Of a stretch of 64,000 nt of DNA, positions 1 through 13,000 are shown in pieces. Source of the stretch: Saccostrea cucullata (Eukaryota); assembly GCF_032062105.1 (NCBI RefSeq), contig NW_026935811.1, positions 1 through 64,000 of the forward strand, written 5' to 3'. The notes under the pieces were generated by a model, which ran no database searches, had not been told where the DNA came from, and was given only the letters and a program-made list of their open reading frames with translations. The position numbers and the translations under genes are program-made. Each line of letters opens with the position of its first letter. The stretch's first letter is position 1.

Positions 1-874
1 CCACTAATCGTCTTTTAATCTGAATTTCCTCTGTTTTCACTCATGAAACGATATTATGACTTTCCGCTGGTTTATAGTGCATTTTTTTAAATTACATGAT
101 CAGACAGATATCAGTCACATTCACACATGTTAAATTCAAAGAATCAATTGGTATTAATATTTGTGTAATGCTCCTGTCGTATATTAGACAAAGCTAGTGT
201 ATACTCAACGGCTGACAAAATGAACTTTTACCCAAGGTAACATGCTGATCTTTTCTTCATTGATTGCTGTAACTAATTTTTGTTTTTAATTAAGTTAAAG
301 ATAAACTTACGTTAGATTTATTTATGTAGCAATAGTTTTTACCCTTTAATAATTTTATATAAAAATAATTTAATAGAAATAACACATTCAATTTTTTTAA
401 TACAAGTTAAGTCAATTTTAATTATATGTTAAATGTTAGAAATTGCTCTTAAGTACTGAAATAATAATAATATTTTTTATCTTTTCAATTAAAATCAATC
501 AGATGTATGAATTTCATCATAAATGTTTGTGAATATATATATATACATATGTACACGTTGTTATTATCAAATATTATCATTTCCATAAATGTAAACAATT
601 GGAAGAAAAAAAAATGACAGTGATGTTTTACTTTTCCTAACTTTATATTAAAAGTGAACAATGAATAAAATTTTAATCTTAGTATGTCCCTGATTTAATG
701 TATACGAAATTTCAGTTGATGTGAAAAAAATGTACAAATTTGAGGGTGCGTACCCTGAAGTTCATATTGAATTTTATTATGCGGGCTTGCTAATTTTCAG
801 CAGGGCTGACAGACTTTATGAGTAGTCAGCCCTGCTGGTCCACCTGAATTTTTTCCGAGTTTCGTACACTGGCC

Positions 875-1646
875 AGGATACTTGGACACAAATTTGAAGT
901 TAATATTTTCTCCATAATATCACGAATTATATATTCTAATAGCATTTCACACAAAAATTTATTAAAAATCTTATTTCATTTAAAAGTTATTAAAACTTCA
1001 AATTTTTTGGCGGGTTTGATTGACTAATCCTGGCACTTTCACATATTTAACTTTATTCTTAATCCTTCAGAAAATTGGCAATCTTGTTGTGTATTAATGA
1101 GAAATATTAAAACTTTAATCCAGAAAAATAATTTTATTCAGAATAGAAATGTTAGAAAACAAAACACCTTCACAAGTATCGTCATTTCGAACTAAGTCGT
1201 GTGTGCAAATCGATCACACTCGTGTTATGTACACAGTTTTTGTAAACAAGGCACAAACTCTGTTTTTATTTATGTTAAGATTTCACCGGGTGCGTTCTGA
1301 ATCGTCACAGTCTGCTTACCACAACTGCATGGACTGAGAATATATTGTGTGATTGTTTTGCTTTTGAACATGTCTACTCTGAATTTTCTGAATTATAGTA
1401 TCAATATTTTGCATTCATACACAACACAGTTGCCACTTTTCCTAAGTATTAAGAGTAAAACTAAAATTTGTGAAAGTGTAAGGATGTGTCAATCAAACCC
1501 GCCAAAAAAATTAAAGTTTTAATAACTTTAAAATGAAATAATATTTTTAAGTAATTTTTGTGTGAAATGCTATTAAAATATATACTTTGTAATATTATAG
1601 AGAAAAACACAGAAAATATTAACTTCAAATCTGTGTCGAAGTACCT
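875..1646 (+). mobile_element. Non-autonomous foldback DNA transposon, Kolobok-like, copy 1
   Basis: About 200-bp imperfect TIRs; right end GTACCT|TTAA; left end degenerate; homologous in inverted orientation to 3190-3956. Confidence 0.75.
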
Positions 1647-3189
1647 TTAAGCTGAAAATAACTACCAAATTCATCAAAACAAATATTTCTGAGGTTGTAT
1701 ATGCCTTTTCTCCCAAAAAATAATCCACAATATTTGATACGGTTTGACAGTTGGGACGAACGCCGTTAATTGTAACTTCAAAAATATACCTGAAACGTTG
1801 ATCCGCCACTTCAAACGCCAAGTCGCACGAGACATCTAGACTGTGACGTCACACGAGAGCTCATCAGGGTTTATGGAAACAGCTGAGTGTCTAGTTGAAA
1901 CCATGAAGTTAGAATAATCTAACTGTGTCTCGGTACAGGCCCTCACCACACTTAAAATACATCCCATATGCTTGCAATATAGCAAATCGGAGCGGATCCG
2001 CTCCGAAATGATTTTAAAGAATATAAAAGGATTTTCACTAGAAATAACTACCAAATTAATCAATACAAACCTTTTTGAGATTGTATATGCCTTTCATCCC
2101 AAAAAATAATCCATATAAAGACGAAAATCCAATAAATTTTCTCAACATTTTTCTCTCGCTTCAAATTTAGCTGCCATGTTTTCAATCGGAATTCTCTGAA
2201 TTGTTCATAGTAAATGCACTGAGTACAACTTTTCTATGAGTTATTGCCCGTGTTTCTTTTGCTACAATATGAATACATGGAACGAATTCTATCGTTAAAC
2301 TGGGTCCGTAGGACAATATTATTTTAACGATAGAATGTTCTATCTAGAAACCATAGACCTATGGCAATTTTTGTCAAAAAACATTGCAGATTTATTTTGT
2401 GTTTCTTTTAAAGATTTCGACAAACTGAAAGCCTTTTATTCTTTACATTATTATTTGCCGAAAGGGTATTGGGTAGCAAAGGAATTCTGGGAAGGTTTCA
2501 CAGAAAAATTTGCTTGACCTATGTACAGATTTCATTCAGAATTTCCTCTTTTCCTACACTTTAGTCTATTGAGCTCGCTATAAAAATGAAAATTTAACAT
2601 TTTTTTTCAAGGTTTTGCTTATCCGTTGAAATTTACATGCTTACATTCAGAAGTCTCAGGATTGTCTGTAGCTAATGCAATGAGTTAGAGTTATCAGCCA
2701 TTTTTCCTCGCTACATTGCCAATACATGGAACAAATTCTATCGTTATTCTATCTGTAGGACTATATCATTTTAACAATGAATAGAATGTTCCATCAGGTA
2801 TCCCCAAGCTCTGACTGCCATCACCTAATGCATGTTAAGCTGAGAAAAGCTATCTGAAATATTGTAAATGTTTTTTCCATCGCTAAAGTCTTACAAATGA
2901 CCAAACCTCAAACATAGTTTTTAACACCAATTTGTAGCAATTACAAATAAAAAAACAACAACAAAGTTATCATGCTTAAATCACACCAAGGCATTCAAAA
3001 AGATATGAAATAGACAGCACTTGATACAATCATGATCATGATGATTACTGCTTAGTAATTATACTTGGTAATTTTATGTAGGAGAATATTTTTTATGAAT
3101 CTTAGCTATTGCTTATAATATTGTAATTTTGACTCAGATGACACAAAGGTGTAGCTTTAAATAATTTTTCCAGTAAGTGTTCATTTTAA

Positions 3190-3956
3190 AGGTACTTGGA
3201 CACAGGTTTGGAGGTAATTTTTTCTGTATAATATTACGACTTATATATTTTAATAGCAATTCACACAAATATTAATTAAAAATCTTATTTCATTTAAAAG
3301 TTATTAAAACTTTAAATTTTTTGGTGGGTTTGATTGACACATCCTTGCACTTTCACAAATTTTAAGTTTACTCTTAAAACTTAGGGAAAGTGGCAAACTT
3401 GTTGTGTATAAATGAAAAATATTAATACTATAATCCAGAAAAATCAGATTAGACATGTTCGAAAGCAAAACAAACACACAATATATTCTCAGTCCGTGCA
3501 GTTGCGGTGAGCAGACTTTGACAATTGAACGCACCCGGTGTATCGTAAACAATCAACAATAACAGAGCTCTTGCCCTGTTTACAAAAACTGTGTACATAA
3601 CACGAGTGTGATCGATTTGCACACAAGACTTAGTTCGGAATGACGGTACTTGTGATGGAATTTTGCTTTGTAACATTTCTACTCTGAAAAAAGTTATTTT
3701 TCTGGATTAAAGTCTTAATATTTCTCATTAAATCACAAAAAGGTTGCCACTCTACCGAAGGATTAAGAATAAAGTTAAAATTTGTGAAAGTGCAAGGATG
3801 TGTCAATCAAACCCGCCAAGAAATTTGAAGTTTAACTTTTAATAACTTTTAAATGAAATAAGATTTTTAATTAATTTTTGTGCGAAATGCTTTTAAAATA
3901 TATAATTTGTGATATTATACAGAAAATATTAACTTCAAATCTGTGTCCAAGTACCT
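3190..3956 (-). mobile_element. Non-autonomous foldback DNA transposon, Kolobok-like, copy 2
   Basis: TTAA|AGGTACTTGGACACAG ... CTGTGTCCAAGTACCT|TTAA: TTAA target duplication with RR...YY termini and long TIRs. Confidence 0.8.
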
Positions 3957-4056
3957 TTAATTCACAAGTTTGCTATTTTAAAACCTGATTTAAAACTAAT
4001 TTTCCAAAGTCAGACTAACTTGTATTTTTCAGTTTATTTTGTTTTTATTTTTTCAG

Positions 4057-7000
4057 TGCGTGTTTGTGAGCCTGGTACATTTGGATGGCATTGTAAGTTT
4101 GACTGTCGTTGTGCGGAGGGCAGCTGTGACCCAGTCACTGGGGCCTGTCCCTCAGGATGTAAACAGAACCGCTACGGCCCCGGATGTCAGCTCTGTAAGT
4201 AAAAGACAATAGTGGTCCCAGTGCAAAAACAGTCATGAAAAAAAGTACCATCCACCCCCCTTTCCCCATTAAAAATAAATAGATATTCCATTGGAAATTG
4301 TTAGCATATTGAACATTCAAAATCATAGTTGCTTAGCATGTATAGGCATGTGGTGTATTTTTTATGATAATAAGAAAAAGAATTTCAAGATGTCATAGAT
4401 ATGATACACATTGGAAGTGAATACAGATATTATTTTTTGTTTTTATAACAGTTACAACCAATGTAAATCTGAAAGTTGCTGTTCTCATGTAATTTTGCGA
4501 GTAACTAAAAATAAAAACAAAATTTTGAACTTAAGTATCTTAAGTATTTCAGCAGAAAGTTGAAACATTTATTCTAAATTGGTAGGTTTTGAATTTGAGA
4601 CAAAAATAAGGGAAATTGAAATATATATTTCATTTGATACCTGATTTGGTTTTGCCAGTATCGGTGTTCCGTTACTCGTCGGAGGCTCATGGATATCAGG
4701 GGAACACAGACAGAACTGGTGATGGAGAGAAATGTGTTCCATGGAACAACACCATATTTATCAAAATGTATGGATTGAAATCATCAGATTTTCCCGATCA
4801 GGCAATCCCTGGTGCCGTTTGTCGAAATCCACTGAACTTCAAAATAAGAAGTGAGGCATTGGAAGGCAAAGGACCATGGTGCTTCACCAACTTCATGGAA
4901 AAAAATGAATATTTCGGGTCATGTAATATTCCATTAAGAGGTAAGTTTAGGCTAGGGAGTCATGTAATATTCCAATGGGAGGTTTTAATAGGCATATGAT
5001 ATTTTACTTTAAAGACAAAAACCATTTGATTGTCTTACATGCAATTCCATGAGATTAACCAAAGTTTATTTGCCATATGAAATTTTTAACCATATGATAT
5101 TCTTCTTATACATACAGTGCATATAATGAAGATAATGTATAAGTCACTCAGATTGCAGAAATAGGTTAAATCATTGTAATAATTGTTAAAAGTTTACTTC
5201 AGGAGCGGAGCTTCAGGGAGATGTTTACTGGTATGTATGTAATGTCTTGTTGTAGGTTGTGATTCTGGAAGGTTTGGTGAGATGTGCGAGTTTGAGTGTC
5301 ATTGTAAGAATGAGGACTCGTGTACTCGTCTAGGGACATGTCCATTGGGATGTCATCCTGGTTGGCTCAATACAACCTGTCAAACACGTAAGTGACACTG
5401 ACTCAATACAATCCGTCAAACACATAAGTCTCACTGATTCAATGCAATCTGTCAAACACATAAGTCACACTGATTCAATATAACCTGTCAAACATATATG
5501 TCACACACACTCAATACAATCTGTCAAACACGTAAATCACACTGATTTAATACAACCTGTCAAACACGTAAGTCACACAGACTCAATACCACTTGTCAAA
5601 CACACAAGTCTCACTGATTAAATGCAATCTGTCAAACATGTAAGTCATACTGATTCAATATATATAACCTGTCAAACATGTATGTCACACACACTCAATG
5701 CAGTCTGTCAAACACGAAAGTCAGACAGACTCAATACAACCTGTCAAATACCCAAGTCACACTAAATCAACACAACCTGTCAAACACGCAAGTCACACTT
5801 ATTCAATACAACCTGTCAAACATGTAAGTCACACTGACTCAATACAACCTGTCAAACAAGTAAGTCACACTGACTCAATAATACCTGTCAAACTGAAGTC
5901 ACACTGACTCGATACAACCTGTCAAACATGTAAGTAACACTGACTCAATACAACCTGTCAAACATGTAAGTCACACTGACTCAATACAACCTGTCAAACA
6001 TGTAAGTCACACTGACTCAATACAACCTGTCAAATACGCAAGTCACACTGATTCAATACAACCTGTGAAACAGGTAAGTCACAAAGTCCTGGTATTTGCA
6101 AATGTCTTCCGTATTGACACCCCAAAATTCAGTTTTATCAGTGCTGAAAATTTTTTTCTATAAAGATCAATGTTATACATGATAATAATGTACAGTAATT
6201 CAAATTTCTTGTTCTCAAATGCATGTTAAAGATGTTCATCAATTTATATTTGTAACATGTTTGTCATTTATGTACATCTTGTAACACAACAGCTTGTGAG
6301 CCCGGTAACTTTGGAGATGGTTGTGTGTCCAGGTGTGGAAACTGTAAATCGGGACCGTGTGATTTTGAGTCGGGGGAATGTGATGGAGGGTGTTCAGCAG
6401 GCTGGAAAGGGAAACTGTGTAAAACTGGTAAGTGGGGGGTTTAATGAGGTACAGAGAGGGGGAAACTGTGTAAAACTGGTAAGTGGGGGATTTAATGAGG
6501 TACAGGGAAGGGGATACTGTGTAAAACTGGTAAGTGAGGGATGTAATGAGGTATAGAGAAGGGGAAACTGTGTAAAACTGGTAAGTGGGGGATTTAATGA
6601 GGTACAGAGAGGGGGAAACTATGTAAAACTGGTAAGATTAAATAAGGTACAGAGAAGGGGAAACTGTGTAAAACTGGTAAGTGGGGGATTTAATGAGGTA
6701 CAGAGAGGGGGAAACTATGTAAAACTGGTAAGATTAAATGAGGTACAGAGAAGGGGAAACTGTGTAAAACTGGTAAGTGGGGGATTTAATGAGGTACAGG
6801 GAAGGGGAAACTGTAAAACTGGTAAGTGAGGGATGTAATGAGGTATAGAGAAGGGGAAACTGTGTAAAACTGGTAAGTGGGGGATTTAATGAGGTAAAGA
6901 GAAGGGGAAACTGTGTAAAACTGGTAAGTTGGGGATTTAATGAGGTACAGAGAAGGGGAAACTGTATAAAACTGGTTAGTGAGAGATTTAATGAGGTACA

Positions 7001-10000
7001 GAGAAGGGGAAACTGTATAAAACTGGTTAGTGGGAGAATTAATGAGGTACAGAGAAGGGGAAACTGTGTAAAACGGGTTAGTGGGAGATTTAATGAGGTA
7101 CAGAGAAGGGGAAACTGTTTAAAACGGGTTAGTGGGAGATTTAATGAGGTACAGAGAAGGGGAAACTGTGTAAAACGGGTTAGTGGGAGATTTAATGAGT
7201 TACAGAGAAGGGGAAACTGTGTAAAACGGGTTAGTGGGAGATTTAATGAGGTACAGGGAATGGAAACTGTGTAAAACTGGTAAGTGGGGATTTAATGAGG
7301 TACAGGGAAGGGAAACTGTGTAAAAATGGTAAGTGGGGGATTTAATGAGGTACAGAAAAGGAGAAACTATGTAAAACTGGTAAGTGGGGGATTTAATGAG
7401 GTACAGAGAAGGGGAAACTGTATAAAACTGGTAAGTGGGGGATCTAATGAGGTACAGGTAAGGGGAACAAATGCAGATCTAATGAGAAATTGTTTGTGGG
7501 TTTGTTGTTTATGTACAGTTTATTATGTAGGCTGTGCTGATGGAGGGTTTGTGTGAATTGTCTTTGTTTTATGTACGGTTTGTTTTGTAGGCTGTTCTGA
7601 TGGGGAGTATGGGGAGGATTGTTTGGAGACTTGTGGGGCGTGTCGCAGACCTCCATGTGACATCCGTACTGGTCAGTGTGCAGGGGGATGTCAGGACGGG
7701 TACACAGGAATTCTCTGTAAAACAGGTCAGTATAATATTATACTGTTATTGTCACATCACAATGGGGTTTTTTTTTATGAAAGATAAATCCTATATTTAA
7801 CATGACATTTACAACAGAATGTGAAGCTGGATATTTTGGGACCAACTGTAGTAGGACATGTGGCCATTGTTTGACAGGAAGCTGCCATTTTGTGACAGGG
7901 GTGTGTTCAGCTGGATGTAAGCCGGGGTGGCAGGGGATCCAATGTCTGGAAGGTAAGGATCCAGTTGTTTTGATGGTGTTTGGGGTAGGATTCAGTGTCT
8001 CATTAGACAGCAGAGCAATTCTTAGATTTTATTTTTCAATTTAATTCAAATAATTACATATCAGTATTCATTGAATTTCTCTTAATTTTGTCTGTCTTAA
8101 TTCCATTGTCTGTCTTAATTCCATTAAAAGCCAAATAGATTTTTTTTGTAATCAAAGCTTAAGTAATTTACTTCATTAATTTATAACCCTTAAGGCTTGA
8201 ATTTAAATTTTTTCTTACATTTATAATTGAAATTTTTGCCGTTTCACTTCCTGAACCTCTAGAAGACCATATTCCATTAAGATGTGACTATTTCAATTTG
8301 TTTATTTGGCAGCGTGTGATGATTTCAAGTTTGGTGAGAACTGCTCCAATAATTGTGGGTCGTGTCTCGGTATGACCCCCTGTGATAAGGAGACCGGGCT
8401 TTGTACTGGGGGGTGTGAGGACGGATTTACTGGGGACCTGTGTATGGGTGAGTAGCTTTGGTGTAAAAATAAAGCATTAAAAGAATTATGAACTGTATAA
8501 AATTCTAACTTAACCGACATTACCTCAGTGTTTGATTGATATACAATCATGACAGACTAAGATAATGAATTTACCAATCCTATCTGAATTTGAAGATTTG
8601 GTTCCAGTGGAGTTATCAGACAATACATCGACGGGGAGTGTTATTGGAGGCATTGTGGCAGTACTGGTTATTATAGCCATCATTGTAATTGTCGTCATTG
8701 TCATCAGGTAGGTTTTATCCTTTGAAGTTGATGTTAAATACATTGGCAAGATGAATTACCTTTGACGATTTTACAAATCTTGTAGGGAATATTACTTCCT
8801 TCACTAGGAATTTCACTTGAGGATACTAGTATAGGGCCTGCTGTTCCCACAAAGTTTCATACTCTTAGGGATTTTATACTATTTTAAAATTTAAAGTTCA
8901 GCAGTTAAGATTTAAAGATTGAAAGAACTATATGCGGTATATTGCATATATTTGCCCCCACAAAAGTCAAATTTTGAAAACTTCCTGAAATGTGCTGAAT
9001 TCAATAAATTGTATGTGAAATATAAATTAACAGAAAATATTTTAGTGTCAAAGCAGTGTATTTACAATTTTTGTTTTATGACGTCACAAACTAGTCTGAT
9101 TTTATATCCTTTTTCAGAAAGAGGACAAAATGGACAAAATTTCAACAATTTTAGCTTCAAAATTTATAGAGCGCAAGTTTTTTTCAGGAACAATATTGAC
9201 ATTTTTAATTGTTATTATCATTCTACACATCATATCAAAATATTGGTCCTGAACACACATGCGCTCGGTGACTTTTACTCAAAATATCGACGAAATATGT
9301 ACATTTTTCTGTAAAATTCATAAAAAACTGAAATTTACGTCATGTTTGTGACGTCATTACGTACATATGGCGTCATTACTTATGAAAATATTCAGTGCAT
9401 TGAAGTCAGCTTATACTTCCCTGCTTAAGAACTTAATTAAATATATTTCCATCGAAGTTTGATTTGGGGGGCAAATACTGGTTATTACCGAATAAAGTTC
9501 TTTACATCGTTTACATACATATACATGTATCTTTCATGGTATTTATAGCATGATTACATTATTTTACAGACGTAGAAAGTTACAGACGCTAACATTTGGT
9601 AAAAAAGGACAGGATGAAGAAAAACGGCCTGTAGAACTGACTCAAAGTAAAGAAACGGATCAGCTAATAGCTAATGGTAGGCAGTAAACCTGTATTACTG
9701 TGAAATCACTAATTTTCATGGGGGGGTAATTTTCATAGTTTTCAAGGTATGAAGAGACCCACGAATTTATATCCACCACTGAAATGCAACTTTTGACATA
9801 CAGTCAAACCTGTTTTAAGAGGCCACTCGTGGGAGAATGACAAATTGGCCACATAAGACAGGTGGCCACTTATTCCAGGTTTCAAACCAATGAATTAAAA
9901 AAATTGCGATCACAGTTGTGTATTTATTTTCACATGTATCCAAATCCAATTTCAACACATTTAAAAACTTGGGAAATTTTAAGTCAAATTAAATCCATTT

Positions 10001-13000
10001 TCTTACATTTTATTTTACATGAATTTCTGTGAGAAATCTGTTATTGTTTTTTTTTTGTGTGTTGGTAATTTAATTTTGCAGCCACAAGAAAATCATGAAA
10101 TGTTCTAACAACTTATTAGCGTTTCCCTGATGCTGTGTAAAGCTTTTTAGTTTTTCTAGATATATATTTATTTATATAACATAAAGACTGTCCGCTATGA
10201 CTTGATAACCTCAGGCGAAATTAATTGTAATTGAGTTCATGAAAATATTCAACAACTTACTTTCGTATATTAAGAGCACCAAAAAACATCTGTTAACAAT
10301 AAATCATTTAATCATATTAATTAAATCATTAAATCCTGACAGAATTCAAATTACACCTGCAATTATTGGTCATTAACTCATTATCAGCTGTTCATGTTTG
10401 GCTTCGTATGAGGATACGAGGTCACGTGTCAGACGGAAGTCATGTGACAAAACGGACAAAATGGCCGCTGAAAACAGGCATGTTGAGCGCATGGGACCTA
10501 AAAACACTGGCCACTGGCCGCGTTAGACAGGTGGCCGCTTAAATGAGTTAAAATATAGTGAAAAATTGAACGTGCGGGATTGAAACTGGCCACTCATGGG
10601 GAGTGCTTTATAAGTTTAGCGGCGTAACATTGTGGGGCTCCTTAATCTGAATGTTGAACGAAAGACAACAGGATATAATTTGTTTTTAATATTTTATTAG
10701 ATTTTATTCAATAAACATACAAAAATACTCTTCTTCAGCTCTGCGGTCCTCACCTGAAATAAAGACAAACCAACCACCCTTTCCAACAAATGTTAATATA
10801 AAAACCACCCTTTAGCAAACCCTTTAACAAATGCAAATAGACCTAATGCCTTTAGGTCTTGAGTTGAATCAAGCTTAAACTAGTGATATCTTCACTTATA
10901 GTGAGTACAAATATAAAATTTTAGGTTATAGCAAACAACTAATTGTATAGGGACAAAAAGTTTATGCTGATATCTCAATACAATGCGTTTAGCATTTGTT
11001 AACATTCAAAGGATGTAGCAAACAACTAATTGTATAGGGACAAAAAGTTATGCTAACATCTCAACAAAACTCAATACAATGCACCATGCATTTGTTAGTT
11101 TGTTGTAAATAATAATGTCAGGAGTTATAAATATCAAGTTCAGGTCACTTCTTGTGCCTTAGTAAATACTACTCAACAATAAACAATAACGAGTCCAGAT
11201 CACTACTTGTGTCTGAATAAGATAAATGAATAAAGCAATCAAATGTTGCTAACAAATTCAGGTTAATAATTACCCATCATGTCAATTTGTTTCTCTGTCT
11301 AAAACAGAACCCTTTGTGATGGGGAGACTGCCTTATTCAGAGTTGGTCCGTCAGGTAGACCTTTCCGTGGGTGAGACCGCAGGCGTCTGACCTTTAGACG
11401 CTGGGAGCTCGTATATAAAGCCTTTACAAGCTTTATGACGTCAACCACTCAAAGCATGAGATTTGGCGCCATAACGTCAAATAGCTGGAAAACTTCGGAC
11501 GCACTTAACTATTATACTTATCCGAGGTGTTCCGAATGCACTTTATAGATTTTGCCACTAAGTTAAAAAGCAGAGTGTAATTATAAGGTTTTACCCTAAT
11601 TATCAATGAATGGATTTATTAATTATACAAATTATCAAAGGTAAGCACATTTAGTACTCTATAAAAGCATTTATAGACCAGTAAATGGTTTATTTACATT
11701 CCGTATTCCTCAAAACATGGAGGAAATTCGGTACATGGTGAACAATTTGCACCCAGATCATAATAAATTCCAAATAACATTAATCAATAATAACAGATAA
11801 ACAAGAATAAATGTCAATTCATATCATTCATTCAATCATTCATCGAATCATTATTTTAATGATTCATATCACAAGAAACATTTTGTTTACTTATTCATAA
11901 CCATAGTGGAGAATGCCAAATTCGTAACATTACTACTAAACAGTTATTCAACCATGAAATAAAATCCCAATGAACTAATAAATTTTCCTCAAACCTCAAA
12001 AATTTGACCCTCGAAAATATGTGATTTCACAGTAATATTGCTCTCTAAATGTAGTCTTCAGGTCTCTCAGCTAGAAAAAAAAGTGACACACTTTATCATT
12101 TGAATAAAGGAGAAACTGAGAGGCCTGCCTATTTATCAGTCAGTTAATTACGTATTAATTTTATTTCCCAGAATCCTCTATGTCTGATCCTCATGATGAC
12201 ACAGATCCCAACCTGAATGAGCCAATATACGCCAACGTTAACACCAAGAAGCAGAGCAGTCCTATCAAAGTGGCCGACTTGTTTGATTACATCCGAGAAA
12301 ACAAGAAAAACGAGTGTGAGGGATTCAAAAAAGAGTTCAATGTAAGACGGAGATTAAAGTTTGATACCTTAAAGAAAATATGTTAAAACTTCAATGTATT
12401 GGAAAAAAAGTAATCCACAAATATTTGGCCTCAAAAATTATGGTTCCACAATATTACATGTACCAAATGTAGACATATTTCTGTTAAGATGAAAAGTCCT
12501 TCCTTTTGGCAACTTTGCCACAAATCTTATAAACAAGCTTTTTGATAAAGGATGTTATAAAGCTATTGACTTTTATTACATCAGGAACTCCCCCATGGGT
12601 TAATGGCACTCTGTGATGAAGCTAAGAAATCCGAAAACAAACCTAAAAATAGATACGGAAACATCACAGCCTGTAAGTAGGAATTATTGTCTATCTATAT
12701 GTGTGTGTTCTAAAATCCTCATGTCATGATAAATTGTTATGTAATCTATTGTGATGTTAAAGATGACCACTCCCGTGTTGTGTTGGATCAACTCCTTAAT
12801 TTCAATGGTATACATGTACATCTATTGTAATGTTACAGACGACCACTCCCGTGTTGTTTTGGATCCACTCCTTAATTGTAATGTAATACATGTAATCTAT
12901 TGTAATGTTACAGATGACCACTCCCGTGTTGTATTGGATCCACTCCTCAATGACCCTAACTCAGATTACATCAATGCCAACTTCATAGATGTAAGTCAAA

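Noticed and set aside
1890-2015. Diverged inverted similarity to 45265-45372
   Set aside because: Looks like an old dispersed-repeat fragment with no definable boundaries.
1149-3676. Similar ORFs at 1149-1337(+) and 3449-3676(-)
   Set aside because: Internal sequence of two copies of a non-autonomous transposon; short, with no transposase motif.
10597-11860. Unclassified insert with an ~87-bp internal duplication and a TATA-like motif
   Set aside because: I could not identify termini, a TSD or coding remnants, so no family call is supportable.
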